Source: Legionellales bacterium (GTDB lineage: Bacteria > Pseudomonadota > Gammaproteobacteria > UBA1113). Taken from it: a stretch of 61,216 nucleotides of DNA. Of this stretch, positions 28,506 to 40,098 are shown piece after piece. The notes under the pieces are model-generated. The model was given only the letters and a program-made list of their open reading frames with translations, was not told the origin of the DNA and made no database searches. The translations under genes and the position numbers were made by a program. Positions within the stretch are counted from its first letter, which is position 1; each line of letters begins with the position of its first letter. Where the stretch lies: assembly GCA_002707205.1 (NCBI GenBank), contig PAMH01000022.1:277-61492 (forward strand), read 5' to 3'.

Positions 28506-29613
28506 ATCTGATGTTAATGCACATTTAACTTGCCAAGCGCAAACTATCTATGCAGAGGGGCATTGGAAAACACAAACGATTGCGACATTAAGTAATAATT
28601 ATCAAAGGCAGACTTATCCAAGTTCAGAGCAAGTTATATTTGATATGTCAAAAGTAGAGGCTTTAGATACTGCTGGATTGTGGTTATTATCCAAAATCAT
28701 GCATTATTTGCGACAATCTGATAAAAAAATTATGCTTCAAGGTTTATCTGAAAAACAAAATCTTATTCTTGAAAAGCTTTTATCCAATGATACAGAAAAG
28801 CCTGCTGTCAGTAAAAAATTAGATTTTATTACGCGGCTTGGTGTCCAAGTTGAGGCAGTGAATAAACTTGTTGTAAGTTTTATTATGTTTCTTGGAGAAA
28901 TTAGTTTTTATTTGTTTGGTTGGATTAAAAATATTCAATCTATTCGTTGGAAAGCTGTATTAAGTAATATCGATAGTGCTGGATTACAAGCCAGTGGTAT
29001 TGTTGCATTACTTTCTTTTTTAATTGGTTTAGTTTTGGCCTATCAAGTTGGTGCACAATTACAAAGCTATGGCGCAACCATCTATGTTGTGGATTTGCTC
29101 GGGTTATCTTTATTACGTGAATTTGCGCCATTACTAACGGCGATCATTGTCGCTGGTCGTAGTGGTTCAGCTTTTGCAGCACAGATTGGAACAATGAAAT
29201 TAAATGAAGAAGTCGACGCATTAAAAACACTTGGTGTATCACCCGTTGAAATTTTAGTTTTGCCGAAGGTACTGGGTTTATTAATTGCTTTGCCATTGCT
29301 TACCATTTTAGCCAGTTGTTTTGCATTGTTGGGTGGCATGGTGATGTCCAAAATGATGTTGGGAATTTCACTCATTGATTTCCTCGCCAGATTTGGCGAT
29401 GTTATCAAACTAAAAACCTTACTACTTGGTGAGATTAAAACGCCAGTATTTGCAATTATGATTTCAGCAATTGGTTGTTTTCAAGGTTTCATGGTGACAA
29501 ATAGTGCAGCAAGCGTTGGACGTAGAACAACCATTAGTGTCGTTCATAGTATCTTTATGATTATTGTCTGTGATGCTTTATTTTCAATTATTTTCAGCGC
29601 ATTGGGAGTATAA
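28486..29613 (+). CDS. MlaE-family ABC permease with N-terminal STAS domain
   Basis: STAS-like '[12 protein letters not shown]', then [33 protein letters not shown]; overlaps hldD by 20 bp. Confidence 0.92.
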
Positions 29614-29614
29614 T

Positions 29615-30382
29615 ATGAGTCACGATACTGTAATTGAAGTGCGTGATTTGGTGACAAGTTTTGCTGATGGTAGTTGCGTGCATAATGGCTTAGATTTTAC
29701 TGTTTATCGTAATGAAGTTATTGCAATTGTTGGTGGCAGTGGCGCAGGTAAAACAACATTATTACGTGAGATTTTACTGCTACAAAAAGTCACTTCAGGT
29801 AGTATTCAAATTTTTGGGCAAAATATTTTACAAGCGGATGGTAACGTTTTAAAAAAATTGCGACAACGTTGGGGCATGATGTTTCAATCAGGCGCATTAT
29901 TTTCAGGTTTAACTGTACTTGAAAATGTTGCTTTTCCTTTATCTGAATTTACACACTTATCAAAAGCTGATATCCATGAACTTGCATATTTCAAATTGCA
30001 ATTGGCACAATTTCCAGCTAAGTCTGCACTTAAATATCCTGCTGAATTAAGTGGTGGTATGATTAAACGTGCAGCAGTTGCGCGCGCCTTAGCAACTGAT
30101 CCGGAACTTCTATTTTTAGATGAGCCAACAGCAGGACTAGATCCTAAAACCGCAAGTGGACTTGATGCGTTAGTTTTAGAATTAAAATCTACATTAGGTT
30201 TAACCATCGTAATGGTTACTCATGACTTGGATACTTTATGGACAGCTACCGATCGCGTAGCATTTTTAGGTGAGCAAAAAGTTTTAGCTAATAAACCAAT
30301 GGCAGAGTTAGTCAAAGATTCACATCCATTAATTCAAGATTATTTTGCAAATGAGCGTTCAAAACGGGCGAAAGTTGCATAA
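29615..30382 (+). CDS. MlaF-like ABC ATPase
   Basis: Walker A GGSGAGKT, LSGGM.KR signature, LFLDEPTAGLDP; start moved to ATG 29615. Confidence 0.93.
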   Translation: MSHDTVIEVRDLVTSFADGSCVHNGLDFTVYRNEVIAIVGGSGAGKTTLLREILLLQKVTSGSIQIFGQNILQADGNVLKKLRQRWGMMFQSGALFSGLTVLENVAFPLSEFTHLSKADIHELAYFKLQLAQFPAKSALKYPAELSGGMIKRAAVARALATDPELLFLDEPTAGLDPKTASGLDALVLELKSTLGLTIVMVTHDLDTLWTATDRVAFLGEQKVLANKPMAELVKDSHPLIQDYFANERSKRAKVA

Positions 30383-30422
30383 TTCTGTTATATTATAATT
30401 GTTTAATTTAAGAATGAGATAG

Positions 30423-31325
30423 ATGGAAAATACAAATAATTATTTTCGAATTGGACTATTTGTTATTGGCTTTACGGTAGTCTTTATTATTTTGTGTTTA
30501 TGGTTGTCTGTAGGTTTAAGTGGAAAAACTTACAAGACTTATGTCGTCTATATGAAAGAATCAGTTTCAGGATTATCTGATAAAGCCCCAGTTAAGTATA
30601 ACGGTGTTGAAATCGGTTATGTTGCTAATGTCAGTCTTTACAAGAAAGATCCGGCGCTTGTTACATTAAAATTAGCCATTGAAAGCCAAGTTCCAATTTA
30701 CACAGATACTCGTGCAATTTTAGAAACTCAAGGTCTAACCGGAATTGCTTATATTGAATTACAAGGTGGTGAAAAAGGTGCGAAACAATTACATGCGCAG
30801 GTAGGCGAAAAATATCCAGTGATTAAATCTTCGCCATCCTTACTCTTTCGTTTAGATAATGCATTAGATGATTTAACGCATAACTTAAATGATATTAGTA
30901 GCGGCTTAAAAACAGTTTTGAATAAACAGAATACAGAAGCCGTGCGCGATATTATTCAAAACTTTAAATTTCTTTCTGATAATTTAAAAAACAATTCTAA
31001 AAAATTAAATCTTATTATCGATAATACATCGAAAGCGAGTAATGCCTTACCACGCGTGATGCATAGTGTTGAAGAGAGTGCTAAATCAGTACAGAATATT
31101 TCTGCAAAATTATCGCGAACTAGTGATGAAGCTGATAAAACCATGCAAGCAGCATCAGCAACAGTTCAACATGTTAACAATCAATTACTACCACAAATAC
31201 AAGCATCAGTACAAACTTTTCAATCAACGATGACAAATTTAAAAGACTTTAGTGGCGAATTAGATGCGAATCCTTCTATTATTATTAGAGGAAAAGCCCC
31301 TGCAGTACCAGGGCCTGGAGAGTGA
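30423..31325 (+). CDS. MCE/MlaD-family protein with long helical C-terminus
   Basis: N-terminal TM, 'SVSGL...APVKYNGVEIG.V', 'QGLTG.AYIEL.GG', coiled-coil tail ending 'NPS.IIRG'. Confidence 0.92.
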   Translation: MENTNNYFRIGLFVIGFTVVFIILCLWLSVGLSGKTYKTYVVYMKESVSGLSDKAPVKYNGVEIGYVANVSLYKKDPALVTLKLAIESQVPIYTDTRAILETQGLTGIAYIELQGGEKGAKQLHAQVGEKYPVIKSSPSLLFRLDNALDDLTHNLNDISSGLKTVLNKQNTEAVRDIIQNFKFLSDNLKNNSKKLNLIIDNTSKASNALPRVMHSVEESAKSVQNISAKLSRTSDEADKTMQAASATVQHVNNQLLPQIQASVQTFQSTMTNLKDFSGELDANPSIIIRGKAPAVPGPGE

Positions 31326-31335
31326 GAAGATTAAT

Positions 31336-31968
31336 ATGGAATATTTAAAAAAATACTTTGTCAGTTATTTTGTGCGTCGTAGTTTTTTGCTCATTTTCCT
31401 AGGTATATCATCCATAATTTTAGGTGCTTGTTCACCAATTAAAACACCAACTATTAGTCAATATACTTTAACACAAGTAAATACAGATACCGTGCATGCA
31501 CCCTATAAAGGCAAAACAGTTCTCATTACGACACCAATTGCTGAACCTGCTTATACAACAAGTAAAATGGCGTATGTGAAAAAGCCATATCAGATACAAT
31601 ATTATGCCCAGAATAAATGGATTAGTGCGCCGGCACATCTTATGGCACCTTTAATAGTTGCCTCTTTACAGCATACTAATCACTTCAGGCAGGTGGTCGC
31701 TGCACCTTATACGGGTCGTTCTGATTATCGAATAGATACGCAGTTATTAACATTTGAGCAAGACTTTATGCAAAACCCTAGTGAATTTAAATTAACAGTG
31801 CGATTTAATATCATAAATAATACAACACAAACGTTAGTTGCGAGTAAAATCTTTAATACGATTGCAACTGCACCAGGGGATGATGCATATTCAGGTGTTA
31901 TTGCTGCCAATCGTGCGATGGCTGATATGTTGGGTAAAATGGCTCAGTTTGTGGTAAAAACCATTTAG
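31336..31968 (+). CDS. ABC-transport auxiliary lipoprotein (PqiC-like)
   Basis: Lipobox ILGAC, 'MAY.......YYAQNKW...PA', last gene of the MCE operon; start moved to ATG 31336. Confidence 0.82.
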   Translation: MEYLKKYFVSYFVRRSFLLIFLGISSIILGACSPIKTPTISQYTLTQVNTDTVHAPYKGKTVLITTPIAEPAYTTSKMAYVKKPYQIQYYAQNKWISAPAHLMAPLIVASLQHTNHFRQVVAAPYTGRSDYRIDTQLLTFEQDFMQNPSEFKLTVRFNIINNTTQTLVASKIFNTIATAPGDDAYSGVIAANRAMADMLGKMAQFVVKTI

Positions 31969-31999
31969 CATTACTGACTTATTTTCCTTTTTAAAAATG

Positions 32000-32066
32000 C
32001 CTCAGAACGTCCAATCACACAAAAATATTTTATTAAAATTTCACATTTTGAGGTAGTTTGGGTGTA
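32000..32066. repeat. partial (right-half) copy of ERIC-like MITE, tandem to the full copy
   Basis: cctcagaacgtccaatcacacaaaaatattttattaaaatttcacattttgaggtagtttgggtgta is a near-identical direct repeat of 32156-32223. Confidence 0.85.
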
Positions 32067-32223
32067 TACCCAAACTACCCCAAAATACGATTTTTAACTT
32101 TATCTTTTTTCTGTGCTTGAACGTTCTTCAGTGCACAATAACAGGTTATTATTTACCTCAGAACGTCCAATCACACAAAAAATATTTTATTAAAATTTCG
32201 CATTTTGGAGTAGTTTGGGTATA
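32065..32223. mobile_element. 159-bp non-autonomous palindromic MITE, ERIC-like
   Basis: Terminal inverted repeats tatacccaaactaccccaaaatacg / cgcattttggagtagtttgggtata, TA at both ends, internal inverted arms (ttttttctgtgcttgaacgttct / agaacgtccaatcacacaaaaaa), no ORF. Confidence 0.8.
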
Positions 32224-32318
32224 TACTAATAAATATCGAAAAATTTTTGTTTATTATAATTATTTTTGCATGGGGTAATCTAATAGTAAATGATGCTTAG
32301 ACGATTAGGTTTTTTTGT

Positions 32319-34004
32319 ATGAAATTCTCGCCGTTTTTTTCACTCAGTTCGAAAATTTCTTTTTTTACGGGTCTTATCATTATTATTGCTGCAATTATAA
32401 TTTCCGTGACTGTTTATGTGATTTTTAATAGTAGCCTTACTGATTTTACGCAGCATAATTTAGAAACTGAGCAAAAATTTGTTGCAACCGAAATAGAAAC
32501 AGCGTTTATTGATATCGCTAATGACTTAAATGTTTTGGCGAATGTTCCACCAATTCAAGGTATTATTCGTAGCACAGAAAGTGGTGGCGAGGATAAAATA
32601 GAAAAGTCATCTCTGAAGATGTGGCAAAATCGGTTAGCGACAATTTTTTCAGCAATGCTGAAGGCAAATGGCGCTTATACTCAAATACGTTATATTGGAA
32701 TTTCAAATAAAGGAAAGGAAATTGTTCGTGTTAATCGGACAGGTAATAATATATATCGTACGCATCTATCAGCACTAAGTTCTAAAGGTGATACTGCTTA
32801 CTTTAAAACTGCAACTACATTATCACAAGGCAGCATTATTTTTTCACAAATTAATTACAATGAAGAGAAAGGTCAAGTTCAAAATCCTAAGATTCCGACC
32901 ATTAGAGCTATGATGCCTGTTTATGATAAGAAACAACAGATATTCGGCACGCTGATTATTAATGTTAATGTGAAAGCTTTTTTAAGACAAATTTTGTTGA
33001 GTATAGGTCAACGTTATCCGGCTTATTTTTATACGACATCGGGTGATCTTTTTATTTTTAATCCGAAAGAAAGAACGTTAATTTTTTATACTAAAAATAA
33101 TCTTGCACGCGCAGGTAATGGTATACCCAAGGTGCAAAAAAACATTGAAGCTTTCCGTTCTGTTATAGATAAAAATCAAAAGTATGATTTAGTGACGAAA
33201 GTTATATATTCCGATGATGAAAAGCAAAATAAATTATTTACGATGCTGGTTAAGGTTAATAAAAATGAACTTGTTAAACATGATAAATCAGTGATTAACA
33301 CTTTACTGAGCGTGATTATTCTGGTTTGTTGTTTAGCGCTTATTTTAGTTTATGTATTTTCTAATCGTTTATTAAAAGACTTAAGAAATTTAGCCGAAAT
33401 GATTTCTCACTCCACCAAAAAAAATAAAGAAGCGATGGATCTACCTGTACATTTGCGTGATGAAGTTGGGGTGTTGGCAAGAGCCTTGGATAAGAAAACA
33501 AAATTGCTTTACAGCCTCGCAGCTTATGATAGTTTGACCGGTTTACCTAATCGTAAGAAATTTATTGAACGTTTAGATGAAACAATCTTGCGTGCAAAAC
33601 GCAATAAAACATGGGTCATGTTATTATTTATTGATCTCAATGACTTTAAACAGATTAATGATGTGTATGGGCATGATTATGGTGATGAAGTTCTGGTTAA
33701 GTTTGGTACAAAGTTAAAAGATGTTATGCGTGAGTCCGAGTTCTGCGCGCGCTTGGCCGGTGATGAATTTGTTGCCGTACTAGCAGATTTACCAATAGGT
33801 GAATATGATAATTTAGATAAAATTTATAAGCGGTTTATGGATAGTTTACAATCAACGTACTCTATTAAAGGGGTGACATTCCATCTTGAAATTGGTTTAG
33901 GATACAGTATTTATCCTGATGATGGCTCAACAATTGATGATTTGATGAAGAAAGCTGATATGATGATGTATCAAGATAAAAAAAACAAAAAAACTCAAAA
34001 TTAG
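32319..34004 (+). CDS. sensor diguanylate cyclase (TM-Cache-like-TM-HAMP-GGDEF, AGDEF variant)
   Basis: Periplasmic 'YTQIRYI...KEIVRV...YF...PTIRA..PVYD' sensor, HAMP 'RDEVGVLARA', YDSLTGLPNR, DLNDFKQINDVYGH, RLAGDEF. Confidence 0.9.
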   Translation: MKFSPFFSLSSKISFFTGLIIIIAAIIISVTVYVIFNSSLTDFTQHNLETEQKFVATEIETAFIDIANDLNVLANVPPIQGIIRSTESGGEDKIEKSSLKMWQNRLATIFSAMLKANGAYTQIRYIGISNKGKEIVRVNRTGNNIYRTHLSALSSKGDTAYFKTATTLSQGSIIFSQINYNEEKGQVQNPKIPTIRAMMPVYDKKQQIFGTLIINVNVKAFLRQILLSIGQRYPAYFYTTSGDLFIFNPKERTLIFYTKNNLARAGNGIPKVQKNIEAFRSVIDKNQKYDLVTKVIYSDDEKQNKLFTMLVKVNKNELVKHDKSVINTLLSVIILVCCLALILVYVFSNRLLKDLRNLAEMISHSTKKNKEAMDLPVHLRDEVGVLARALDKKTKLLYSLAAYDSLTGLPNRKKFIERLDETILRAKRNKTWVMLLFIDLNDFKQINDVYGHDYGDEVLVKFGTKLKDVMRESEFCARLAGDEFVAVLADLPIGEYDNLDKIYKRFMDSLQSTYSIKGVTFHLEIGLGYSIYPDDGSTIDDLMKKADMMMYQDKKNKKTQN

Positions 34005-34006
34005 AG

Positions 34007-34035
34007 TAGCCAGAGGCGGGCGATAAAGGTACAAT
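34007..34035 (+). promoter_or_regulatory. putative sigma70 promoter of carAB
   Basis: TAGCCA-17 nt-TACAAT, 33 nt upstream of the carA GTG. Confidence 0.4.
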
Positions 34036-34068
34036 AGGCAAATTCAACTCGTTTTCAGAGGGGAGAAA

Positions 34069-35187
34069 GTGCATAAATCTGCATTGCTTGCGTTGGCTGA
34101 TGGTACTATTTTTCATGGAGTATCGATTGGTACTTCGGGTATTGCTACTGGTGAATTAGTTTTTAATACCGCAATGAGCGGATACCAAGAAATTCTTTCC
34201 GATCCTTCTTACTGTCAACAAATTGTTACATTAACTTATCCGCATGTTGGTAATGTTGGTGTTAATGCTCAAGATCAAGAATCAAATAAACAATATCTTT
34301 CAGGTTTAGTGATTAAAAATCTGCCTGTTGCTATGAGTAATTTTAGAGCGGAAACAACGCTCAATGCGTATTTGCTGCAACATGGCATCGTTGCGATAGC
34401 GGATATTGATACTCGAAAACTAACGCAAATTATTCGCGAAAGTGGTGCACAAAATGCATGTATTATGGCTGATGATATTGACGTTGATCAAGCAATAGCA
34501 TTAGCGCGTAAGACCATAAGCTTAAAGGGTTTAGATTTAGCACAAAAAGTTACAACAGAAGAAACTTATGTCTGGTCTGAGGGGAGTGTAGATTTAGCGG
34601 GTGTTCAGCAACGCAAGTTGCCATCTAAGTTTCATGTGGTAGTTTATGATTTTGGTGTGAAACACAATATTTTACGATTGCTTGTTGATAATGGATGTCG
34701 GTTAACTGTTGTGCCTGCTACAACATCAGCCGATGTGGTCTTAGCATTAAATCCCGATGGTGTTTTTCTATCTAATGGTCCTGGCGATCCTCAAGCTTGT
34801 TCTTACGCCATTGCTGCTACACAAGAATTATTAAATAAAAATATGCCGATATTTGGTATATGTCTTGGCCATCAAATTTTAGCGCTGGCCGCAGGTGCTA
34901 AAACTATCAAAATGAAGTTTGGTCATCATGGGGCAAACCACCCAGTGATTAATTTAGCAAATAAAAAAGTATGTATCACGAGTCAAAATCACGGATTCAC
35001 GCTAGATGAACAATTGCCGACATCTCTTTGTGTGACACATCGTTCATTATTTGATGATTCAATACAGGGAATTCAATTAAAAGATAAACCAGCGTTTGGT
35101 TTTCAAGGACATCCAGAAGCAAGTCCTGGTCCTCAAGATTTAACTGAGTTATTTGAGACATTTATTGAAACACTCGCGGCAAATTAA
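34069..35187 (+). CDS. carA: carbamoyl-phosphate synthase small subunit
   Basis: [40 protein letters not shown]. Confidence 0.98.
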   Translation: MHKSALLALADGTIFHGVSIGTSGIATGELVFNTAMSGYQEILSDPSYCQQIVTLTYPHVGNVGVNAQDQESNKQYLSGLVIKNLPVAMSNFRAETTLNAYLLQHGIVAIADIDTRKLTQIIRESGAQNACIMADDIDVDQAIALARKTISLKGLDLAQKVTTEETYVWSEGSVDLAGVQQRKLPSKFHVVVYDFGVKHNILRLLVDNGCRLTVVPATTSADVVLALNPDGVFLSNGPGDPQACSYAIAATQELLNKNMPIFGICLGHQILALAAGAKTIKMKFGHHGANHPVINLANKKVCITSQNHGFTLDEQLPTSLCVTHRSLFDDSIQGIQLKDKPAFGFQGHPEASPGPQDLTELFETFIETLAAN

Positions 35188-35200
35188 TAGAAGGTGAATT

Positions 35201-38200
35201 ATGCCTAAAAGAACAGATATTCAATCAATTCTTATTATTGGTGCAGGGCCTATTGTTATTGGTCAGGCATGTGAGTTTGATTATTCCGGAGTACAAGCCT
35301 GTAAGGCACTTAGAGAGGAAGGGTATCGTGTTATTTTAGTAAATTCTAACCCAGCAACAATCATGACTGACCCTGAAATGGCTGATGCAATTTATATTGA
35401 GCCTATTCAGTGGCAATATCTGGAAACAATCATTCAAAAAGAAAAACCAGATGCCATTTTACCAACAATGGGTGGACAAACTGCATTAAATTGTGCGTTA
35501 GATTTAGCGCGAGAGGGAATTTTAGATAAGTATCAAGTTGCGTTAATTGGTGCAAGGAAAACGGCGATTGATAAGGCAGAAGATAGAGAACTTTTTAGAA
35601 AAGCTATGCATAATATTGGCTTGGAAGTGCCAACTTCTTATATCGCACATGATTTAACACAAGCCTTCAAAGCACAAGAAAAACTGGGTTACCCTACTGT
35701 TATTCGCCCGTCATTTACGTTAGGTGGCAGTGGTGGCGGTATTGCTTACAATCGTGAAGAATTCATTGAAATTTGTGAGCGTGGTTTAGACTTGTCGCCA
35801 ACTAATGAATTACTTATTGAAGAATCAATTTTAGGTTGGAAAGAATTCGAATTAGAAGTTGTACGTGATTGTAACGATAATTGTATTATCGTTTGTAGCA
35901 TTGAAAATATTGATCCTGTTGGTGTACATACCGGTGATTCAGCCACTGTAGCACCCGCCCAAACTTTAACAGATAAAGAATATCAGATATTAAGAAATGC
36001 ATCGATTGCCATTTTGCGCGAAATTGGGGTTGAGACAGGTGGATCAAATGTACAGTTTGCCATCAATCCTGATAATGGCCGCATGGTTGTCATTGAAATG
36101 AACCCTCGTGTTTCCAGATCATCAGCATTAGCTTCTAAAGCTACAGGTTTTCCAATTGCAAAAGTGGCTGCTAAGTTAGCTGTTGGTTATACACTTGATG
36201 AATTACGTAATGAAATTACACAAGGTATTATTCCTGCATCATTTGAACCTACCATAGACTATGTTGTGACAAAATTACCACGATTTAACTTTGAAAAATT
36301 TCCTAATTGTGATGCGCGTTTAACAACACAAATGAAATCTGTGGGTGAGGCAATGGCTATTGGCCGCACGTTTCAGGAAAGTTTACAAAAGGCGATGTGT
36401 AGTTTAGAAACAGGATTTTATGGTTTTGATACTTTAATCAACCCGACAGATGAGAGTGAAGAAATAAAAACCACTTTGGTTGCAAAATTGAAAACAGCAG
36501 GTGCGTCAAGGCTTTGGTATATCGCAGATGCTTTTCGCTTTGGGATGTCATTAGAGGAAATTGTTAATTTAACAAAAATAGATTTGTGGTTTTTGGCTCA
36601 AATAGAACACTTAATCATAAAGGAAAAACAGCTTAAAGGTAGAAAATATAGCACGCTATCTGCTTCTGATTGGTTAGATTATAAAAAAGCAGGATTTAGC
36701 GATGCTCGTTTAGCCAATTTATTAGATACGGATGAAACACACATAAGACAAGCACTTATGGACTTCTCAATTAATCCTGTATACAAACGGGTTGATAGTT
36801 GCGCGGGTGAATTTTCAACTGAGACCGCTTATTTATATTCAACTTATGAACAGTATTGTGAAGCAAAACCAAGCCATAAACCTAAAGTGATGGTCTTAGG
36901 CAGTGGGCCAAATCGAATCGGACAAGGCATTGAGTTTGATTATTGTTGTGTACATGCTGCATTTGCATTAAAGCAACTTGGTTATGAGACGATCATGGTT
37001 AATTGTAACCCTGAAACAGTATCGACTGATTATGATACGTCAGATAGATTATATTTCGAGCCGTTGTCATTATCACATGTTTTGTCGATTATTCAGCTTG
37101 AAAAACCACAAGGTGTGATTGTGCAATATGGTGGTCAAACACCCTTAAAGTTAGCGCAAAAGCTTGCAGATTTAGGTGTTCCCATTCTTGGCACAACCCC
37201 AGAAAACATACATCTTGCAGAAGATCGTGAGCAGTTTAATCAATTAATTTCACGTTTAGGTTTGAAACAACCAGCAAGCGGCATTGCAAGAACCATTGAA
37301 GAAGGTTTAACAATCGGAGAAAAATTACAGTATCCATTAATGGTAAGACCGTCTTATGTTTTAGGTGGTCGTGCAATGGAAGTTGTTTATAATGCTAAAG
37401 AATTAGCAGATTATTTATTCCATGCATTACATGCCTCTGAACAAACGACTGTTTTAATTGATCGCTTTTTAGATGATGCAATCGAAGTGGATGTTGATGC
37501 CATTTGTGATGGTGAAACTGTTGTTGTTGTGGGCATTATGGAACATATAGAACAAGCAGGGATACATTCTGGCGATTCTGCTTGTTCATTACCACCATAT
37601 CAACTTTCTGAGGTTACTCAGCAACAATTAAAACAACAAGTGACACAGTTAGCTTTATCCTTAAATGTGATTGGTCTGGTCAACGTTCAGTTTGCAATAA
37701 AAGACAATGATATTTATTTGCTAGAAGTGAATCCTCGTGCATCACGTACCGTACCTTTTGTCTCAAAAGCAATAGGATTACCTATCGCCCAACTTGCAAC
37801 TAAAGTTATGTTAGGAAAAAAATTAGATGAAGTATTTCCGCAACCGATAAAACAACCACCATATTTTAGCGTCAAACTTCCTGTTTTCCCTTTCATTAAA
37901 TTTCAAGGTGCTGACCCAATTTTAGGCCCTGAAATGAAATCGACAGGTGAGGTAATGGGGGTTGCGAATGATTTTGGACTCGCCTATGGTAAAGCATTAG
38001 TTGCAGCTGGCATACATTTGCCGGAGAAAGGTAAAGTCTTTTTAAGCGTGCGTGATGCAGATAAGTCTGCCGCTGTTGAAATTGCAAAATCATTATCTCA
38101 ACTGGGTTTTAGTTTATTAGCAACTAAGGGTACAGCAGAACAATTAATAATAAATGGCGTTAGCTGTGAAATGATTAATAAGGTATTAGAAGGCAGTCCA

Positions 38201-38473
38201 CATGTTGTCGATAGCATTAAAAATAATGAAATACAATTTATTATTAATACGACAGAAGGACGACAAGCCATTACGGACTCTTTTGCAATACGTCGAAATG
38301 CTTTGCAATATAAAGTATGTTACACCACTACACTTGCCGGTGCGCGCGCTATGATTGCTGCGATGATGACAAAAAAACAGCAACAAGTAAATGCTTTAAA
38401 AAAATTACATGCGCAAATACCTTTATCTATGGAAGTTAGAGCAAGTGGGACGGTGGATATTGAAGCTATTTGA
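35201..38473 (+). CDS. carB: carbamoyl-phosphate synthase large subunit
   Basis: MPKRTDI...[17 protein letters not shown], duplicated ATP-grasp domains, [22 protein letters not shown] domain. Confidence 0.99.
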   Translation: MPKRTDIQSILIIGAGPIVIGQACEFDYSGVQACKALREEGYRVILVNSNPATIMTDPEMADAIYIEPIQWQYLETIIQKEKPDAILPTMGGQTALNCALDLAREGILDKYQVALIGARKTAIDKAEDRELFRKAMHNIGLEVPTSYIAHDLTQAFKAQEKLGYPTVIRPSFTLGGSGGGIAYNREEFIEICERGLDLSPTNELLIEESILGWKEFELEVVRDCNDNCIIVCSIENIDPVGVHTGDSATVAPAQTLTDKEYQILRNASIAILREIGVETGGSNVQFAINPDNGRMVVIEMNPRVSRSSALASKATGFPIAKVAAKLAVGYTLDELRNEITQGIIPASFEPTIDYVVTKLPRFNFEKFPNCDARLTTQMKSVGEAMAIGRTFQESLQKAMCSLETGFYGFDTLINPTDESEEIKTTLVAKLKTAGASRLWYIADAFRFGMSLEEIVNLTKIDLWFLAQIEHLIIKEKQLKGRKYSTLSASDWLDYKKAGFSDARLANLLDTDETHIRQALMDFSINPVYKRVDSCAGEFSTETAYLYSTYEQYCEAKPSHKPKVMVLGSGPNRIGQGIEFDYCCVHAAFALKQLGYETIMVNCNPETVSTDYDTSDRLYFEPLSLSHVLSIIQLEKPQGVIVQYGGQTPLKLAQKLADLGVPILGTTPENIHLAEDREQFNQLISRLGLKQPASGIARTIEEGLTIGEKLQYPLMVRPSYVLGGRAMEVVYNAKELADYLFHALHASEQTTVLIDRFLDDAIEVDVDAICDGETVVVVGIMEHIEQAGIHSGDSACSLPPYQLSEVTQQQLKQQVTQLALSLNVIGLVNVQFAIKDNDIYLLEVNPRASRTVPFVSKAIGLPIAQLATKVMLGKKLDEVFPQPIKQPPYFSVKLPVFPFIKFQGADPILGPEMKSTGEVMGVANDFGLAYGKALVAAGIHLPEKGKVFLSVRDADKSAAVEIAKSLSQLGFSLLATKGTAEQLIINGVSCEMINKVLEGSPHVVDSIKNNEIQFIINTTEGRQAITDSFAIRRNALQYKVCYTTTLAGARAMIAAMMTKKQQQVNALKKLHAQIPLSMEVRASGTVDIEAI

Positions 38474-38552
38474 TAACATTTTACTTTTGTAGATTTCGTT
38501 ATAAGAAGTCATTTTGCTGTAATAAATATAAAGGTCATTAATGCTAAAAAAA

Positions 38553-40016
38553 TTATTGATTTGATTTTCCATTACTCAATTGTTGACGAATATTTTTAAT
38601 TTGTGCATTAATCTTTGCTTTTTCTTCGGTAGTGAGTTTAGGTAACTTTAATGCAACTTGTAATTGTGCCAAAGCCGCAGGTAAATTACCATATTCTACT
38701 AAATAAGCAGCACGGGTTTGATAGGCTTGTGCTAATAATCCTGCTTTTGCTTGCACTCTAGCCACTAAACTATAGGGAATAGGGTCATTGGGATAGTCTA
38801 AGCGATGTTCACGTAAAATATCTAAGGCTTTTTGATATGCTTTTGCGACAAATAGAACATAGGCATACTCAACCATGACAGGGTAACTATCTGGATAAAG
38901 GGCATATGTATTTTCGATAATTGGTAATGCAAGCTCGGGTTTTTGAGCATCAGCAGCAATATCTGCTGCACCCAATTGAAAAATAATTTGTTCAGGGTAA
39001 TTTTTGATAAGTTGTTTCATGAGCGTTAATGCTTTTGAAAACTCCTGATTATTTTGCAGAGCAAGCGCATAGCCATATTCTACCGCATAACGTTGTTTGA
39101 TATTTTTCTTTTGTAAAAGTTGCTGATAGTAGTTAAGGATATCATGCGGATTAGCAGTTGCTATCACACGTAGTCGTTCCTTAATTAAATAGTAATCTTG
39201 AGGGGTTTTATGATGACGAGCTGGATATTGTGCTGCGCGATTTTCTGCATCAGCGATTCGATTTGGCGTTAAAGGGTGATCACTTAAAAGTTGAGGTACT
39301 TTCATATAATAGCGTTCATTATTTTCTAATTTAGTAAAAAAAGCAGGCATGCTATTAGGGTCATAGCCAGCATTTGCCAATAATCGAATACCAACTCTAT
39401 CTGCTTCTTCTTCCATTTGTCGGCTAAAATTAAGCATACTTTGCTGACTACCTGCAACAGTCGTTAGAAGCGCAGCTTCTGCAGCTTCGCCACTTACAGT
39501 ACCTAAGGCAATTGCTGCTAACATGCCCGCGAGTGTTTTATATTTTTGTTTTGAAGCATCGGCTATTTTCCTTGCGATGTGTCCTTGTAATACATGCGCA
39601 ATCTCGTGTGCCATCACAGATGCTAATTCTTCTTCATTACTGGTTGCAAGCATGAGGCCACTATAAATCGCAATATAGCCATCAGGGCCTGCAAAAGCAT
39701 TAATTTGAGGTGAGGCCATAAAGAAAAAATAAAAGTGACCATTATTTTCTTGACCATTTGCGGCGACTAAGCGCATACCTAGATCATTGATGTACTGTCT
39801 ATCAATTGGATCTTCAATAACTTTACCGGAGGCACGTAATTGTTGCATGTATGATTTGCTAAGTGCAGCTTCTTGACTTTGACTAAATACTGCGCGATCT
39901 GATGAGCCTAAGTCTGGCAAATCATCTGCTAAACTTGTCTGAACCATGAATCCTAGACTTACTAGCGCGAGTAAATTTGTTATTCGTTTATATTTTCGAA
40001 TCACGGTCTCTTTCAT
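38553..40016 (-). CDS. bepA: M48 periplasmic metalloprotease/chaperone with TPR domain (BepA/YfgC-like)
   Basis: Signal peptide then LPDLG, INAFA, HEIAH zinc motif, FSRQMEEEADR.G, HPLT..RI; start likely ATG 40016 rather than 40085. Confidence 0.88.
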   Translation of the reverse strand: MKETVIRKYKRITNLLALVSLGFMVQTSLADDLPDLGSSDRAVFSQSQEAALSKSYMQQLRASGKVIEDPIDRQYINDLGMRLVAANGQENNGHFYFFFMASPQINAFAGPDGYIAIYSGLMLATSNEEELASVMAHEIAHVLQGHIARKIADASKQKYKTLAGMLAAIALGTVSGEAAEAALLTTVAGSQQSMLNFSRQMEEEADRVGIRLLANAGYDPNSMPAFFTKLENNERYYMKVPQLLSDHPLTPNRIADAENRAAQYPARHHKTPQDYYLIKERLRVIATANPHDILNYYQQLLQKKNIKQRYAVEYGYALALQNNQEFSKALTLMKQLIKNYPEQIIFQLGAADIAADAQKPELALPIIENTYALYPDSYPVMVEYAYVLFVAKAYQKALDILREHRLDYPNDPIPYSLVARVQAKAGLLAQAYQTRAAYLVEYGNLPAALAQLQVALKLPKLTTEEKAKINAQIKNIRQQLSNGKSNQ

Positions 40017-40098
40017 TGCATTAACATGGTTTAAATATGATATTATCTTAAGATAGCAGTTTTTAAGATTAAATACATCGGGCATTTGGAGCTTAAAG

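Noticed and set aside
32000-32223. Direct repeats as a possible CRISPR array
   Set aside because: Only two ~68-bp units, explained by a palindromic MITE plus a half copy; no regular repeat-spacer pattern and no cas genes.
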